From: a virus
Taxonomy: Duplodnaviria; Caudoviricetes
Length of the DNA stretch: 64,000 nucleotides
Direction: 5' to 3' (one strand)
IMG/VR virus record: IMGVR_UViG_2603880160_000004
Span: 33,477 to 97,476 of that record
Shown here: positions 30,426-39,110 of the stretch, piece after piece
How positions within the stretch are numbered: the stretch's first letter is position 1
How the letters are laid out: the number at the start of each line of letters is the position of its first letter
Translations under genes and position numbers: made by a program
Notes under the pieces: model-generated
Told to the model about the DNA's origin: nothing
The model's database searches: none
The model's input: only the letters and a program-made list of their open reading frames with translations

Positions 30426-30828
30426 TATTGATTTGTGGAATAATCAGTTGGTGACAACCTGTCGAACCCTCGTAGAAATACGGGGGTTTTTTATTTTGTA
30501 ACTGCCGTGGGCACAGATCGTCCAGGAAATATTGTTTGGCAAGTGCCAGTCAATATCGACAACGCATGTTCCTGAAGTTCCACTTGTTCCTAAAAAGATG
30601 TCCCACTTGTTCCCGAAGTCCCTGAAGTCCCCGACAGATGCCAATGTTGTTTGGCAAGCGTATTACATATGTCAAGTATTCTGCTCAATAAACTTGACAT
30701 TTCTGCCAAACAATATCGTAGCTCTGATCACAGGTATTACATTTGTTAAATTCTTTAACAAAGTTTTAACAAATTAATTTGAAAGATAAAAGAATATTCA
30801 TTATCTTCGTGTTCTAAATATAAATGAT

Positions 30829-31023
30829 ATGGAATATAAAATTGTGTATGGTGATAGTCCAAGTGAAATAAACACCAAAGTAAATGAAATGATTAACAAT
30901 GGATGGGAAATTGTGGGTTCTCACCAAGTTGTAATTCGTAGAGAACAAAATAGATATAGTGGTTCTCAACATATGGACACACTAAACCAATTAGAATATA
31001 CACAAACAATGATTAAAAAATAA
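30829..31023 (+). CDS. DUF1737-like small protein
   Basis: YKIV..VNEMINNGW...YTQTMIK. Confidence 0.6.
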   Translation: MEYKIVYGDSPSEINTKVNEMINNGWEIVGSHQVVIRREQNRYSGSQHMDTLNQLEYTQTMIKK

Positions 31024-31026
31024 ATT

Positions 31027-31224
31027 ATGACCAAGTATCAAGTATTAAGTCCCGACGGGTTTACGATTGAGTTCGATAAACCACATTATCCAAGTAAGAA
31101 AAAAGCAACGGAAGCTTTTAACAAATGGAAAAAACGATATGAACTACAAGGATATTATAGTTCTAACAACGGAAGAATCCCTTTGGATGAATTAGAAAAT
31201 AATTGTAAAATTCAAATGATATAA
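31027..31224 (+). CDS. hypothetical protein
   Basis: Tightly packed operon member. Confidence 0.6.
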   Translation: MTKYQVLSPDGFTIEFDKPHYPSKKKATEAFNKWKKRYELQGYYSSNNGRIPLDELENNCKIQMI

Positions 31225-31226
31225 CA

Positions 31227-31445
31227 ATGATAAAGTCAATCGAAGAAAAAGAAAACAAATTAGAAATCGACCTTACGGGGCCGAATGGAAATGTATTCTA
31301 CCTAATTGCAACCGGTGGAAGATTATGTAAACAACTTGGTCTTAATTCAGAAATGTTCTATCGTCGTATGACAAGCGGAGATTATGAAAATGCTGTGGCA
31401 ACATTCGAAGAATACTTTGGAGATTATGTAACCCTTTATAGATAA
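31227..31445 (+). CDS. conserved phage protein
   Basis: IDLTGPNGNVF...MTSGDYE. Confidence 0.7.
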   Translation: MIKSIEEKENKLEIDLTGPNGNVFYLIATGGRLCKQLGLNSEMFYRRMTSGDYENAVATFEEYFGDYVTLYR

Positions 31446-31448
31446 ATT

Positions 31449-31730
31449 ATGACAAAGAAAGAAATTACCCGACAACTACAAGAAGCTTCTAATTGGATTT
31501 TTGTAGTATCAAAAGAAAGTGATGAACCACATATAACAAGTATGTTGGAAGGTATTGAAAATGCTATTAATAACTTATCAATGGATGTTATTGAGGTGGA
31601 CATCGCATTTTATCATCCTGAAGATGGGAATGGTATTGTAGATGAAACCATTAAGGTTTACGATGAAGAAGGTATGAGAGAAGAATTCGAATATAAATTA
31701 GATTGTATCATTAAAAACGCAGGAATATGA
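31449..31730 (+). CDS. acidic hypothetical protein
   Basis: Operon packing. Confidence 0.6.
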   Translation: MTKKEITRQLQEASNWIFVVSKESDEPHITSMLEGIENAINNLSMDVIEVDIAFYHPEDGNGIVDETIKVYDEEGMREEFEYKLDCIIKNAGI

Positions 31731-31984
31731 AACTACACATTTTAAAAATTCATGACAGAAAAGACCATTTATCTGATGATTTTTTTCTTACCATTCCATT
31801 CTTAAGGGATAGAGTGGTAAAAGATTGGTATGATATATGGGATGAGACAAGTATTACAAAACAACAAATCATCGAGAGTGATGAAATGTTATTCGACTAT
31901 ATGGATAGTTTTGGTTATGATGTTGAAACCATTTTAACAATCACCGAACACGACATTAATCAAGTTTTAAATAAAGTATCATGA
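31727..31984 (+). CDS. hypothetical protein
   Basis: ATGA overlaps with both neighbours. Confidence 0.6.
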   Translation: MKLHILKIHDRKDHLSDDFFLTIPFLRDRVVKDWYDIWDETSITKQQIIESDEMLFDYMDSFGYDVETILTITEHDINQVLNKVS

Positions 31985-32220
31985 TAGTAGAATTAAAATC
32001 CGTCGCATCTGTAATTGACACCGAAACCAAAATCATCTATCCAAAATATCAGATGGGTGGGTATGATAAGTTGTCCGGCAAACACATCGATGACCTTGAT
32101 AAGAAGTTTGTGGATGAAATATCTGAAGCTGACATTACATTAATTAATGAATCACTTAAACCAAATATTAACCCGTACGACGACTTATATCGTAGAAGGG
32201 GTATTAGAAGTAAATATTAA
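31981..32220 (+). CDS. hypothetical protein
   Basis: ATGA overlap. Confidence 0.6.
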   Translation: MIVELKSVASVIDTETKIIYPKYQMGGYDKLSGKHIDDLDKKFVDEISEADITLINESLKPNINPYDDLYRRRGIRSKY

Positions 32221-32223
32221 CTT

Positions 32224-32508
32224 ATGAAAACATTTGAATTCTTTTTAGACCAAAAGGTTACGACTTGGATGAGAACCGAGTTTGAGGTAAAGGCTAATGA
32301 TTTAAACGAAGCTGTTAAGATTGCCAAAGAAAAATTTGAGAACGGGGACCTGGACGATATTGGTTGGCAAGAGATTGATGGCACCAAGGAAATATTACAA
32401 CCAAGTGATAATGGTGGTGAAACAACTGCCGAACTTTATAACATGAATCATTTAGGTGATATAATGGAAGTTTATAACAATAAACTTGGTAAAGTGGAGA
32501 ATATTTAA
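32224..32508 (+). CDS. hypothetical protein (DpnD/PcfM-like motif)
   Basis: FEVKANDLNEAVKIA. Confidence 0.55.
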   Translation: MKTFEFFLDQKVTTWMRTEFEVKANDLNEAVKIAKEKFENGDLDDIGWQEIDGTKEILQPSDNGGETTAELYNMNHLGDIMEVYNNKLGKVENI

Positions 32509-32706
32509 TATATTTATAATGTGTCTTACCCACTATGGGTGTGTTTGTTATACGATGGGTGTCAGAAATGATACCCATTTTTTATTTGATGTAATACCTG
32601 TGAGGCCCCTGACGGATATTGTCTGGCAAAAATAAATAAAAAAATAAATTTGTTGGTTTGTATTATATTTTGTATTACCTTTACATTTCAACAAATCCGT
32701 AAAACT

Positions 32707-32883
32707 ATGACGACTACTATTAAATTGTCGCCAAACAACAAGACGTATGAAATTTGGTACACTAACAATGGCACAGATTACAAACTACATAAGACAGGTA
32801 TTACAACGATTGATGAAGCAATGAAAGAGACAACAATAATCAAAGGTAGTTCTCGACTACTTCGTGATTTATGTAAAAAATAA
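32707..32883 (+). CDS. small early protein
   Basis: Start moved to MTTTIK; promoter and terminator present. Confidence 0.6.
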   Translation: MTTTIKLSPNNKTYEIWYTNNGTDYKLHKTGITTIDEAMKETTIIKGSSRLLRDLCKK

Positions 32884-33164
32884 TATGGTTCAGGGTTAGT
32901 AAGTTTAGTTCAGTCCCTCGTAGAAGTACGGGGGATTTTTTTGCGATGTTGTTTCGCATGTAATACTTGTTTCGCATAGCATGCTACTGATCTGCGCGCA
33001 GCAACAATGTTGTTTGGCAAAACATAACTCATTGATTATCAACAACAGAATTTGCCAAACAATATCCACCAGATGCGCGCGCATGTTTTTTTTATAAAAA
33101 AGCTCTAAATAATTTGGTGTTATAAAAGAATATTCATTATCTTTGTATCCTAAAACTTACAACT

Positions 33165-33626
33165 ATGGGATTAGATATGTATCTCTACAAGAAACACTAT
33201 GTTAAGAATTGGGATTGGATGGCTGACCAAGAAAAGCACACCATCTCTATTAAGAAAGGTAAAAAGAAATTAGACCACATCAAACCTGACAGAGTTTGTT
33301 CTGTTGTTGAAGAAGTGATGTATTGGAGAAAATTCAATGCTCTTCACAAATGGTTCGTCGATAATGTACAAGAGGGTGTGGATGATTGTAAAGAAAGTTT
33401 TGTAGATGAATCAGACCTCAAGATGTTATTGGAAACATTAACATATGTCTTGGAGAATAAAGATACGGCGGAAAATATACTTCCAACAGCACAAGGTTTC
33501 TACTTCGGTAATGATGAGATGGACGATAACTATTGGAATTATGTTAAATCCACGATTATTCAACTTAAGGATTTATTAGAAGAAGATAATAAAGGAGCTT
33601 CCTTTTACTATCGTTCATCTTGGTAA
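33165..33626 (+). CDS. conserved phage protein (MGLDMY family)
   Basis: MGLDMYL..YWRKFNALH.WF..GFYFG..YYRSSW. Confidence 0.75.
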   Translation: MGLDMYLYKKHYVKNWDWMADQEKHTISIKKGKKKLDHIKPDRVCSVVEEVMYWRKFNALHKWFVDNVQEGVDDCKESFVDESDLKMLLETLTYVLENKDTAENILPTAQGFYFGNDEMDDNYWNYVKSTIIQLKDLLEEDNKGASFYYRSSW

Positions 33627-33644
33627 TCAATTAAATTATAAATC

Positions 33645-34307
33645 ATGCCAAACTGGTGTAACAACTCCATTAGAATTAATGGTGATAAAAAAATGATATC
33701 TACTTTAGTAAGAGTTATCGAAAGTACCAAAGATACTGATGACAGAGTATTCCAATCCCTTATAGGATTCCCCGAACATATGACCAAATCTGATTATGAT
33801 AGAGATTGGTATGATACCAATGTGGGTTGGTTCGGAACGAAGTGGGATGTGTCATACGATACTTGTAATATGGAATATGATGAAACTGAAATCAGATTAT
33901 ATCCTGATACAGCTTGGAGTCCTCCCATAGAATTTCTAACCAACTTGGTCAAGCAGTATGAGGGTATCGAAGCTTACATCTTTTATAGTGAAGGTGGTAT
34001 AGGATTCAGTGGTGAAACTAAAATCTATCGTGATGAGAATGGAGATATAATAGTAGATGATAGTGAACATCCTTACTTGGAAGGCATTTATCTGTTGGAC
34101 AAGGAATTGTTTTGGAATTCCGAGCTTGAATCTATGATTGATTCAGCTCGAGATGAAATAACATCTGATGATGAGGACGAGGATGGTGAAGTTAAAAAGA
34201 TAGATGAAGTAAAAATTATAGAGTATGTAAACGAGAACTTCGGTTTCGTAACGGATGAAGATAAAGAAACAATTATTAAACAATTTAAAGAAGAATTAAA
34301 TGACTAA
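33645..34307 (+). CDS. DUF1281/YubB-like ferredoxin-fold protein
   Basis: MPNWCNN, WFGTKWD, DTAWSPP. Confidence 0.75.
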   Translation: MPNWCNNSIRINGDKKMISTLVRVIESTKDTDDRVFQSLIGFPEHMTKSDYDRDWYDTNVGWFGTKWDVSYDTCNMEYDETEIRLYPDTAWSPPIEFLTNLVKQYEGIEAYIFYSEGGIGFSGETKIYRDENGDIIVDDSEHPYLEGIYLLDKELFWNSELESMIDSARDEITSDDEDEDGEVKKIDEVKIIEYVNENFGFVTDEDKETIIKQFKEELND

Positions 34308-34527
34308 AGAGAAAGTGGTTAAGACCACATACCCCGACAAACATCTAACTCAGGACGAGTGGTTCCGCCAATTTGGTGTGGCAAGTTTCTATGACAAACC
34401 AACCCCATACTATGGAGGCAATCATTTTAACACCCGAGTTTTTCTCGGTCGACCACAGAGATCATCCTGGTCGATATTGTCTGGCAGATTTATTAAAGAT
34501 TTTATAAACAATTTAAACATACTATAA
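34300..34527 (+). CDS. hypothetical protein containing a TGGCA box
   Basis: Overlaps both neighbours. Confidence 0.5.
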   Translation: MTKEKVVKTTYPDKHLTQDEWFRQFGVASFYDKPTPYYGGNHFNTRVFLGRPQRSSWSILSGRFIKDFINNLNIL

Positions 34528-35027
34528 TGGGTAGGTTAAATAAAACCACGGAAGGAGTATTCGTAAACATTGTAGGGACCTCTAAAGAAAGGAGTTCCTA
34601 TGATCAATTCATAACAAGAAGTAACGGATCTGATCAGCCAGGTGGATATTGTCTGGCAGATTTTGTAACAGAGTACAGTAACAAAGTTTCTAAACACAAG
34701 GTGGACTTTCAACAGTTGTCTGACTTAGAAGTAATCATTATGCAGATTAGAGCCTTAACTAACATGAAGGACACTATCAAACTCTACACTGTAAGAGATA
34801 CATATGTGTATGGTCGTTGTCCTTTCTTTAGGTCCGATAACGATATCAATGAAGTTAGAGTTCTAATAGACCCAATAGATTTATACTTCCCCGATGGAAC
34901 AGCAGATCTCGCAATGTTGTCTGGCAATCAATTGTTTATGTTGAAGGTGTATGACAAGGTATCTGCCGTAATGTTAACAGAGATTGTAGAAAATGTTAAT
35001 AACTATAAAAAAATATATTCCAAATAA
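34527..35027 (+). CDS. hypothetical protein containing two TGGCA boxes
   Basis: 166-aa ORF. Confidence 0.6.
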   Translation: MGRLNKTTEGVFVNIVGTSKERSSYDQFITRSNGSDQPGGYCLADFVTEYSNKVSKHKVDFQQLSDLEVIIMQIRALTNMKDTIKLYTVRDTYVYGRCPFFRSDNDINEVRVLIDPIDLYFPDGTADLAMLSGNQLFMLKVYDKVSAVMLTEIVENVNNYKKIYSK

Positions 35028-35078
35028 TTTTGTGATATCATAACTATGTCATAACTTTAAACCCTAAACTTAAATCAT

Positions 35079-35642
35079 ATGAAGCGTATTACACTTGAGA
35101 GTGATGTGATGGTCAGTGACCCTTGCTACTCGGATGAAACTTGGTGTCAAGTTAAACTAAAGGATGTATTACCTGGTGGTTACATAACTACCGTGAGAAA
35201 AACTGAGGACCCTAATTGGGGGAACAGGTGTTCTGTATTACTTACTGTCCACGAGGATTATGTGGAGGATACATTGTCTTGGAGGAATTACCCTGGTCAA
35301 GTTGGGGTGGATTCAGGTCAAGCAGGAATCTTCAGCATGTCTTCCTTCAAGAATGACGACATTGCCGCAAGTATTACAACACCCGATAAGACATATGATG
35401 GAAGACCATTTACCTTAGGTTTAAAAGATAGGGATGGTGATGAGTGGTACGAGAAGATGTGCCAGTTCACATTATCCACCGAGTCGTGGGGTATGTATGA
35501 CACAGGTGTGGTATCATCATCAGGTATTGGGGATGGTGGGTACCGATGTCTTGTGGCAAAACACAAGGGGAAGATTGTAGGAATTGCAATAGATTTTGGT
35601 ATGGAGAGGTTCCCAAACAAATTCTTAAATGAATTAATATAA
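35079..35642 (+). CDS. DUF4241-like protein
   Basis: VSDPCY, GVDSGQAGIF, SSGIGDGGY. Confidence 0.65.
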   Translation: MKRITLESDVMVSDPCYSDETWCQVKLKDVLPGGYITTVRKTEDPNWGNRCSVLLTVHEDYVEDTLSWRNYPGQVGVDSGQAGIFSMSSFKNDDIAASITTPDKTYDGRPFTLGLKDRDGDEWYEKMCQFTLSTESWGMYDTGVVSSSGIGDGGYRCLVAKHKGKIVGIAIDFGMERFPNKFLNELI

Positions 35643-35649
35643 GATTAAT

Positions 35650-36021
35650 ATGTCAAAGAAAATCAAAGTTAGGTTCAATCTCGGGAGAGGTGAGAACTAT
35701 ATGAAGTGGAAGGTGGAGTATCCGAATGGATGGACCAAGTACTTCAAACCCACAGATGTTCAGTTGGTAATGTCAGATTGTATCCTCAAGAATAGTAGAG
35801 CAACAGCTCTGAAGATATTAAATGGGGAACACAAGATGGTATGTGCATCAGTCCTTTGTGACACCATTGATATTAGAACTGAGGACTTCATTCCAGACAA
35901 TGGACAACAGGTGAAGTATAATCCAAGAGTTCTTCCATTCTGGAATAGGGATGGTGTGGATATGGATGGTTCGAAGATAAAAGAAATGTATTCAACTGAT
36001 TTCAAACTTAATATTAAATAA
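35650..36021 (+). CDS. phage hypothetical protein
   Basis: VRFNLGRG..YMKWKV; YNPR. Confidence 0.65.
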   Translation: MSKKIKVRFNLGRGENYMKWKVEYPNGWTKYFKPTDVQLVMSDCILKNSRATALKILNGEHKMVCASVLCDTIDIRTEDFIPDNGQQVKYNPRVLPFWNRDGVDMDGSKIKEMYSTDFKLNIK

Positions 36022-36022
36022 T

Positions 36023-36205
36023 ATGGACAATCAAATACTTAAAATTTACATCAAATCCGAAATCAGTCGTATTCGACATTCAATTGATATGGGGAACATA
36101 TTACCTGTTGCTGGTTTAGCACAGATAGATATCTTAGAAAAGTTAGAACATGTATTCCAACTTGATAAGGAAACTATCAAAGTAACATATCATAACAACT
36201 TTTAA
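36023..36205 (+). CDS. hypothetical protein
   Basis: Operon packing. Confidence 0.5.
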   Translation: MDNQILKIYIKSEISRIRHSIDMGNILPVAGLAQIDILEKLEHVFQLDKETIKVTYHNNF

Positions 36206-36245
36206 CATCACCTGATCAGGCATGTGAATATTGTCTGGCAAAATT

Positions 36246-36458
36246 ATGTACAGTATGGAGAACATGTATAAACATATGTTAAGGGATTTACTTAAGAAGA
36301 AGTTCAGAGCTGTTACTTCCGAGAAAGGTTCCTTAAAGAACTTAGGTAAGTTGGAGATCATAGAAGAACTATATGATCATCTTGGATTTGATAACATCGA
36401 GGATGAGGAGCTCACTCCCGACCAAATCATGGTGAGATTATATAAACCACAATACTGA
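36246..36458 (+). CDS. hypothetical protein
   Basis: ATG start after the TGGCA box. Confidence 0.5.
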   Translation: MYSMENMYKHMLRDLLKKKFRAVTSEKGSLKNLGKLEIIEELYDHLGFDNIEDEELTPDQIMVRLYKPQY

Positions 36459-36582
36459 TTGGGACAGTGAGTCTGTGGAATGTTGTTTGGCAATTCCAAA
36501 AATAAATTGCCATTTATTTTTTTTTACCGAATTAATGGTTTATATTTTATAAACAATAATGTTAAATTAAAATTCAGTAAAA

Positions 36583-36759
36583 ATGAAAACAACCAAAACT
36601 CGTTCTACCAAGACAACTTATGTACCTGTATCTAACAATGTATACTTCGACGGTAACAGCTACCGCGTTCGTGTATCTGTAGAGGGAACTAAGTTCAGTA
36701 AGAATTTCTCAAACAAGAGAACAGCGATTACTTACAGAAATACTTTATTATCTGCATAA
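36583..36759 (+). CDS. 58-aa AP2/integrase-arm-like DNA-binding protein (not in the ORF track)
   Basis: Hand translation ..NVYFDGNSYRVRVSVEGTKFSKNFSNKRTAITYRN..; own terminator at 36786. Confidence 0.65.
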   Translation: MKTTKTRSTKTTYVPVSNNVYFDGNSYRVRVSVEGTKFSKNFSNKRTAITYRNTLLSA

Positions 36760-36881
36760 CCTGTAGATTATAAGAACGATAGTAGACCCTCCACTATTGT
36801 GGGGGGTTTATTATTTAAAGACGACACTGATCAGGAGATCAACACTGTGAATATTGTTTGGCAAGAAACTATTTATATAAC

Positions 36882-37715
36882 ATGAAGATAATGGACATTA
36901 TATCAGAACAAGAAGAGACCAATTACAAGGTGGTTGAATTCAAGAACCTCTTGGAAAAGATAAAGAAGGACTTATGGTTTAAGAAGGACCTTAAGTTATC
37001 CAGTGGGACAGGTTACATGTCATACACGATTAGTTCGAATGGATTAATATTTGAAGTTAACGTGGTATACAACCCTGATCATGTTAATCCAATCATACCG
37101 TCAGATTTATTTAAAGTGGCAGGGGACGAAGTGATCAACTTAATTTGTTCGGCAAAAGGAATGTCCAAGGATGAATTGGTTCAATACTTCGGTGGTGTGT
37201 TAAATAACTATAGTATCCAAATCTATAAAACCGTAATATTCCTAATGGAGGGTGTCTTTGAGTTAAGACGATACATGGACAATAACATCTATAATATGAA
37301 AATAGATACCCCACATATAATGAGTGAGTTATTCAGAAATGAGAACTTATACCAATTATTGCCAGAACAATTACCAAGGTTCTCAGAAGACTACGCCACT
37401 ACAATGTCCAAACTAATTAAGAAGTGTAAGACAATCTATATGGCAATGGGTAAAGGAACTTGGAAAGGACACGTATATGACTACGGTAAGTTTAACCAAT
37501 CTAATATTGTGGTACACCAAAAGGATTACAATTATAACAAAAGGGATAAGATACTTAACCCTGATTTCGAGATAACCTATGGTGCCTCTTGGCCACTCAT
37601 AGATGGAATTAAATTTAACACAGACGAGAATCCATTAACCGCATATGAAATGGACGAATTTAGAAATTGGATAGAAGCCAAGTTTAAACACTTCGGTATA
37701 GAGTTCAACGCGTAA
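36882..37715 (+). CDS. MKIMDIISE-tag protein with C-terminal copy of the 41-43 kb domain
   Basis: TATTTATA upstream; KTIYMAMGKG..KFKHFGI. Confidence 0.65.
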   Translation: MKIMDIISEQEETNYKVVEFKNLLEKIKKDLWFKKDLKLSSGTGYMSYTISSNGLIFEVNVVYNPDHVNPIIPSDLFKVAGDEVINLICSAKGMSKDELVQYFGGVLNNYSIQIYKTVIFLMEGVFELRRYMDNNIYNMKIDTPHIMSELFRNENLYQLLPEQLPRFSEDYATTMSKLIKKCKTIYMAMGKGTWKGHVYDYGKFNQSNIVVHQKDYNYNKRDKILNPDFEITYGASWPLIDGIKFNTDENPLTAYEMDEFRNWIEAKFKHFGIEFNA

Positions 37716-38439
37716 TACAACATATACATATTTTAATTGTTCGGGGACCCTATGGGTCCCCTTCAGGTTTTAGGGATGTCCGTAGTGGAACGAATGTATG
37801 ACGGACAATAGTGTTTGGCCCAAAAGTTCTCTAATATTGTTTGGCAAGTTTTGTGTAAGTATTACACTTAAATGGTTAAACGACGATATCCCCGATATTG
37901 TCTGGCAAGGACCCACGTATGACATGTGAGTAAAATGTGAATAACTATCTCCCTCCCTTCGGTCGGTCGTCAGGGTGTGGATAAAGATGTGTATTACTTG
38001 TGAACCTATAACCTACATTATGTTAAATGGAATGTTAAGTATTACAAGTCACTGTATTACGTATACTATCTTTTATATATACATAAATATATCAGACACT
38101 ATGACAGACCTGAAGGGGTCCGAAGGACCCCGTATTACAGTTATATATTCAAATTTTTATGGATATGGTCCTTGATTCGGACAGAGGACAATCCCCACAT
38201 ACTACCACTTTTCCCCACATTCTCCCCAAATTACCGATATTATATACGGTATCAATAAATATCTACTAAAAGTGGGAATTTCAACCTCTAAATATTTTCC
38301 GACAGATCAAGGTAAATAAAGTGGGGATATTAGTATCAATATCGGGGATAAATTAGGGGTGTTTTTTACACCCCATTCGGTGGGAAAACCCGACCACCGG
38401 GAGGTAATTTTCGGGGGTATATAGGTGGGAATTTTATAC
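37716..38439. other. long structured non-coding region
   Basis: Hairpins at 37743 and 38116, DnaA-box matches at 37936 and 37976, last TGGCA boxes, CCCCAC repeats. Confidence 0.55.
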
Positions 38440-38464
38440 TATATTTGTATCAAACTAAACTACT

Positions 38465-39037
38465 ATGCCGTTCAAAGACAAAGAAAAAAAGAAAGAATAT
38501 GGTCAGATGTATTATCAAATGAACAAGGAAAAACATTACGAACGTACTAAACTACGTAGAAAAAACAACCCTCAAGAAAGGAAAATAAATGATAAAAAAT
38601 ACAGAGAAACTCATAGGGAACAGAAGAGAATTTACGATACCAAATACAGAAGGGAGAACAGACATGTGGCTCGAGAGTGGGAAAGAAATCGTAGAAAGAC
38701 TGATCCATTATTTAAACTAAGAACGAACTTAAGAAAGAATATAGGTCGTTCATTAAAGAGAGAAGGGTTTAAGAAGATATGTAAAACTATGACCATTCTG
38801 GGAACAGATTACAAAACCTTTAAGGAATATCTCGAGGGACAATGGGAATCATGGATGTCGTGGGACAATTATGGTCTATATAAAATGGATACCTTCAACT
38901 ATGGGTGGGACATAGACCACATTATACCAACCTCAACAGCAAAGACAGAAGAGGAAGTTCTTAAACTAAACCATTATACCAATCTTAAACCTTTGTGTAG
39001 TAAAGTGAATAGGGACATCAAAAGGAATAAAGTATAA
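38465..39037 (+). CDS. HNH-type endonuclease
   Basis: WDIDHIIP...NHYTNLKPLC..N; basic helical N-terminus. Confidence 0.75.
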   Translation: MPFKDKEKKKEYGQMYYQMNKEKHYERTKLRRKNNPQERKINDKKYRETHREQKRIYDTKYRRENRHVAREWERNRRKTDPLFKLRTNLRKNIGRSLKREGFKKICKTMTILGTDYKTFKEYLEGQWESWMSWDNYGLYKMDTFNYGWDIDHIIPTSTAKTEEEVLKLNHYTNLKPLCSKVNRDIKRNKV

Positions 39038-39110
39038 TTACCTCGGACCTAAAGGTCCTCGTCGGGTGTTCCCGACACAGATGTCGGAGACATAGCGGAA
39101 ATAAACAGGT

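Larger units (their letters stand above)
24514..36810 (+). terminator. family of related intrinsic terminators (CCCTC-loop-GGGGG-T tract)
   Basis: 24514, 25162, 25741, 27060, 28232, 30466, 32914, 36786; several share CCCTCGTAG.A.TACGGGGG. Confidence 0.85.
23411..37907. repeat. dispersed ATRTTGTYTGGCA motif, about 40 copies in both orientations, some as inverted pairs
   Basis: e.g. 23411, 23516, 24571, 24724, 25814, 27127, 27426, 28296, 28350, 29436, 30532, 30647, 32619, 33010, 34477, 34649, 34917, 36231, 36483, 36854, 37837, 37898. Confidence 0.92.
22750..38447 (+). promoter_or_regulatory. series of Bacteroidota sigma-A type promoters (-7 TAnnTTTG)
   Basis: TATCTTTG at 22750, 23664, 24809, 25345, 26131, 28560, 33138; TATATTTG at 38440; variants before 27664, 29577, 30829, 32707; shared ATAAAAG upstream. 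Confidence 0.8.

Noticed and set aside
30565-30635. Short degenerate repeats (TGTTCC.GAAG; also AAAAGTTCTCTAA at 27138, 27182, 37822)
   Set aside because: Too few and too degenerate to assign a separate function
27431-30667. TGGCAAnCGTATTACA as sigma-54 promoters
   Set aside because: The spacing matches -24/-12, but the invariant -12 GC is AC, most boxes lack the second element, and the genes already have TAnnTTTG promoters
23411-37907. TGGCA boxes with variable flanks as a CRISPR or mini-array
   Set aside because: The repeat is only 13 bp, spacing is irregular, both orientations occur, some copies are inside ORFs, and no cas gene is visible
23379-38175. ORF-track entries in spacers (23379, 23467, 24427, 27391, 28219, 28296, 28361, 30532, 37975)
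   Set aside because: They translate the repeats and terminators (recurring YCLA/VWQ), mostly use non-ATG starts and lack promoters
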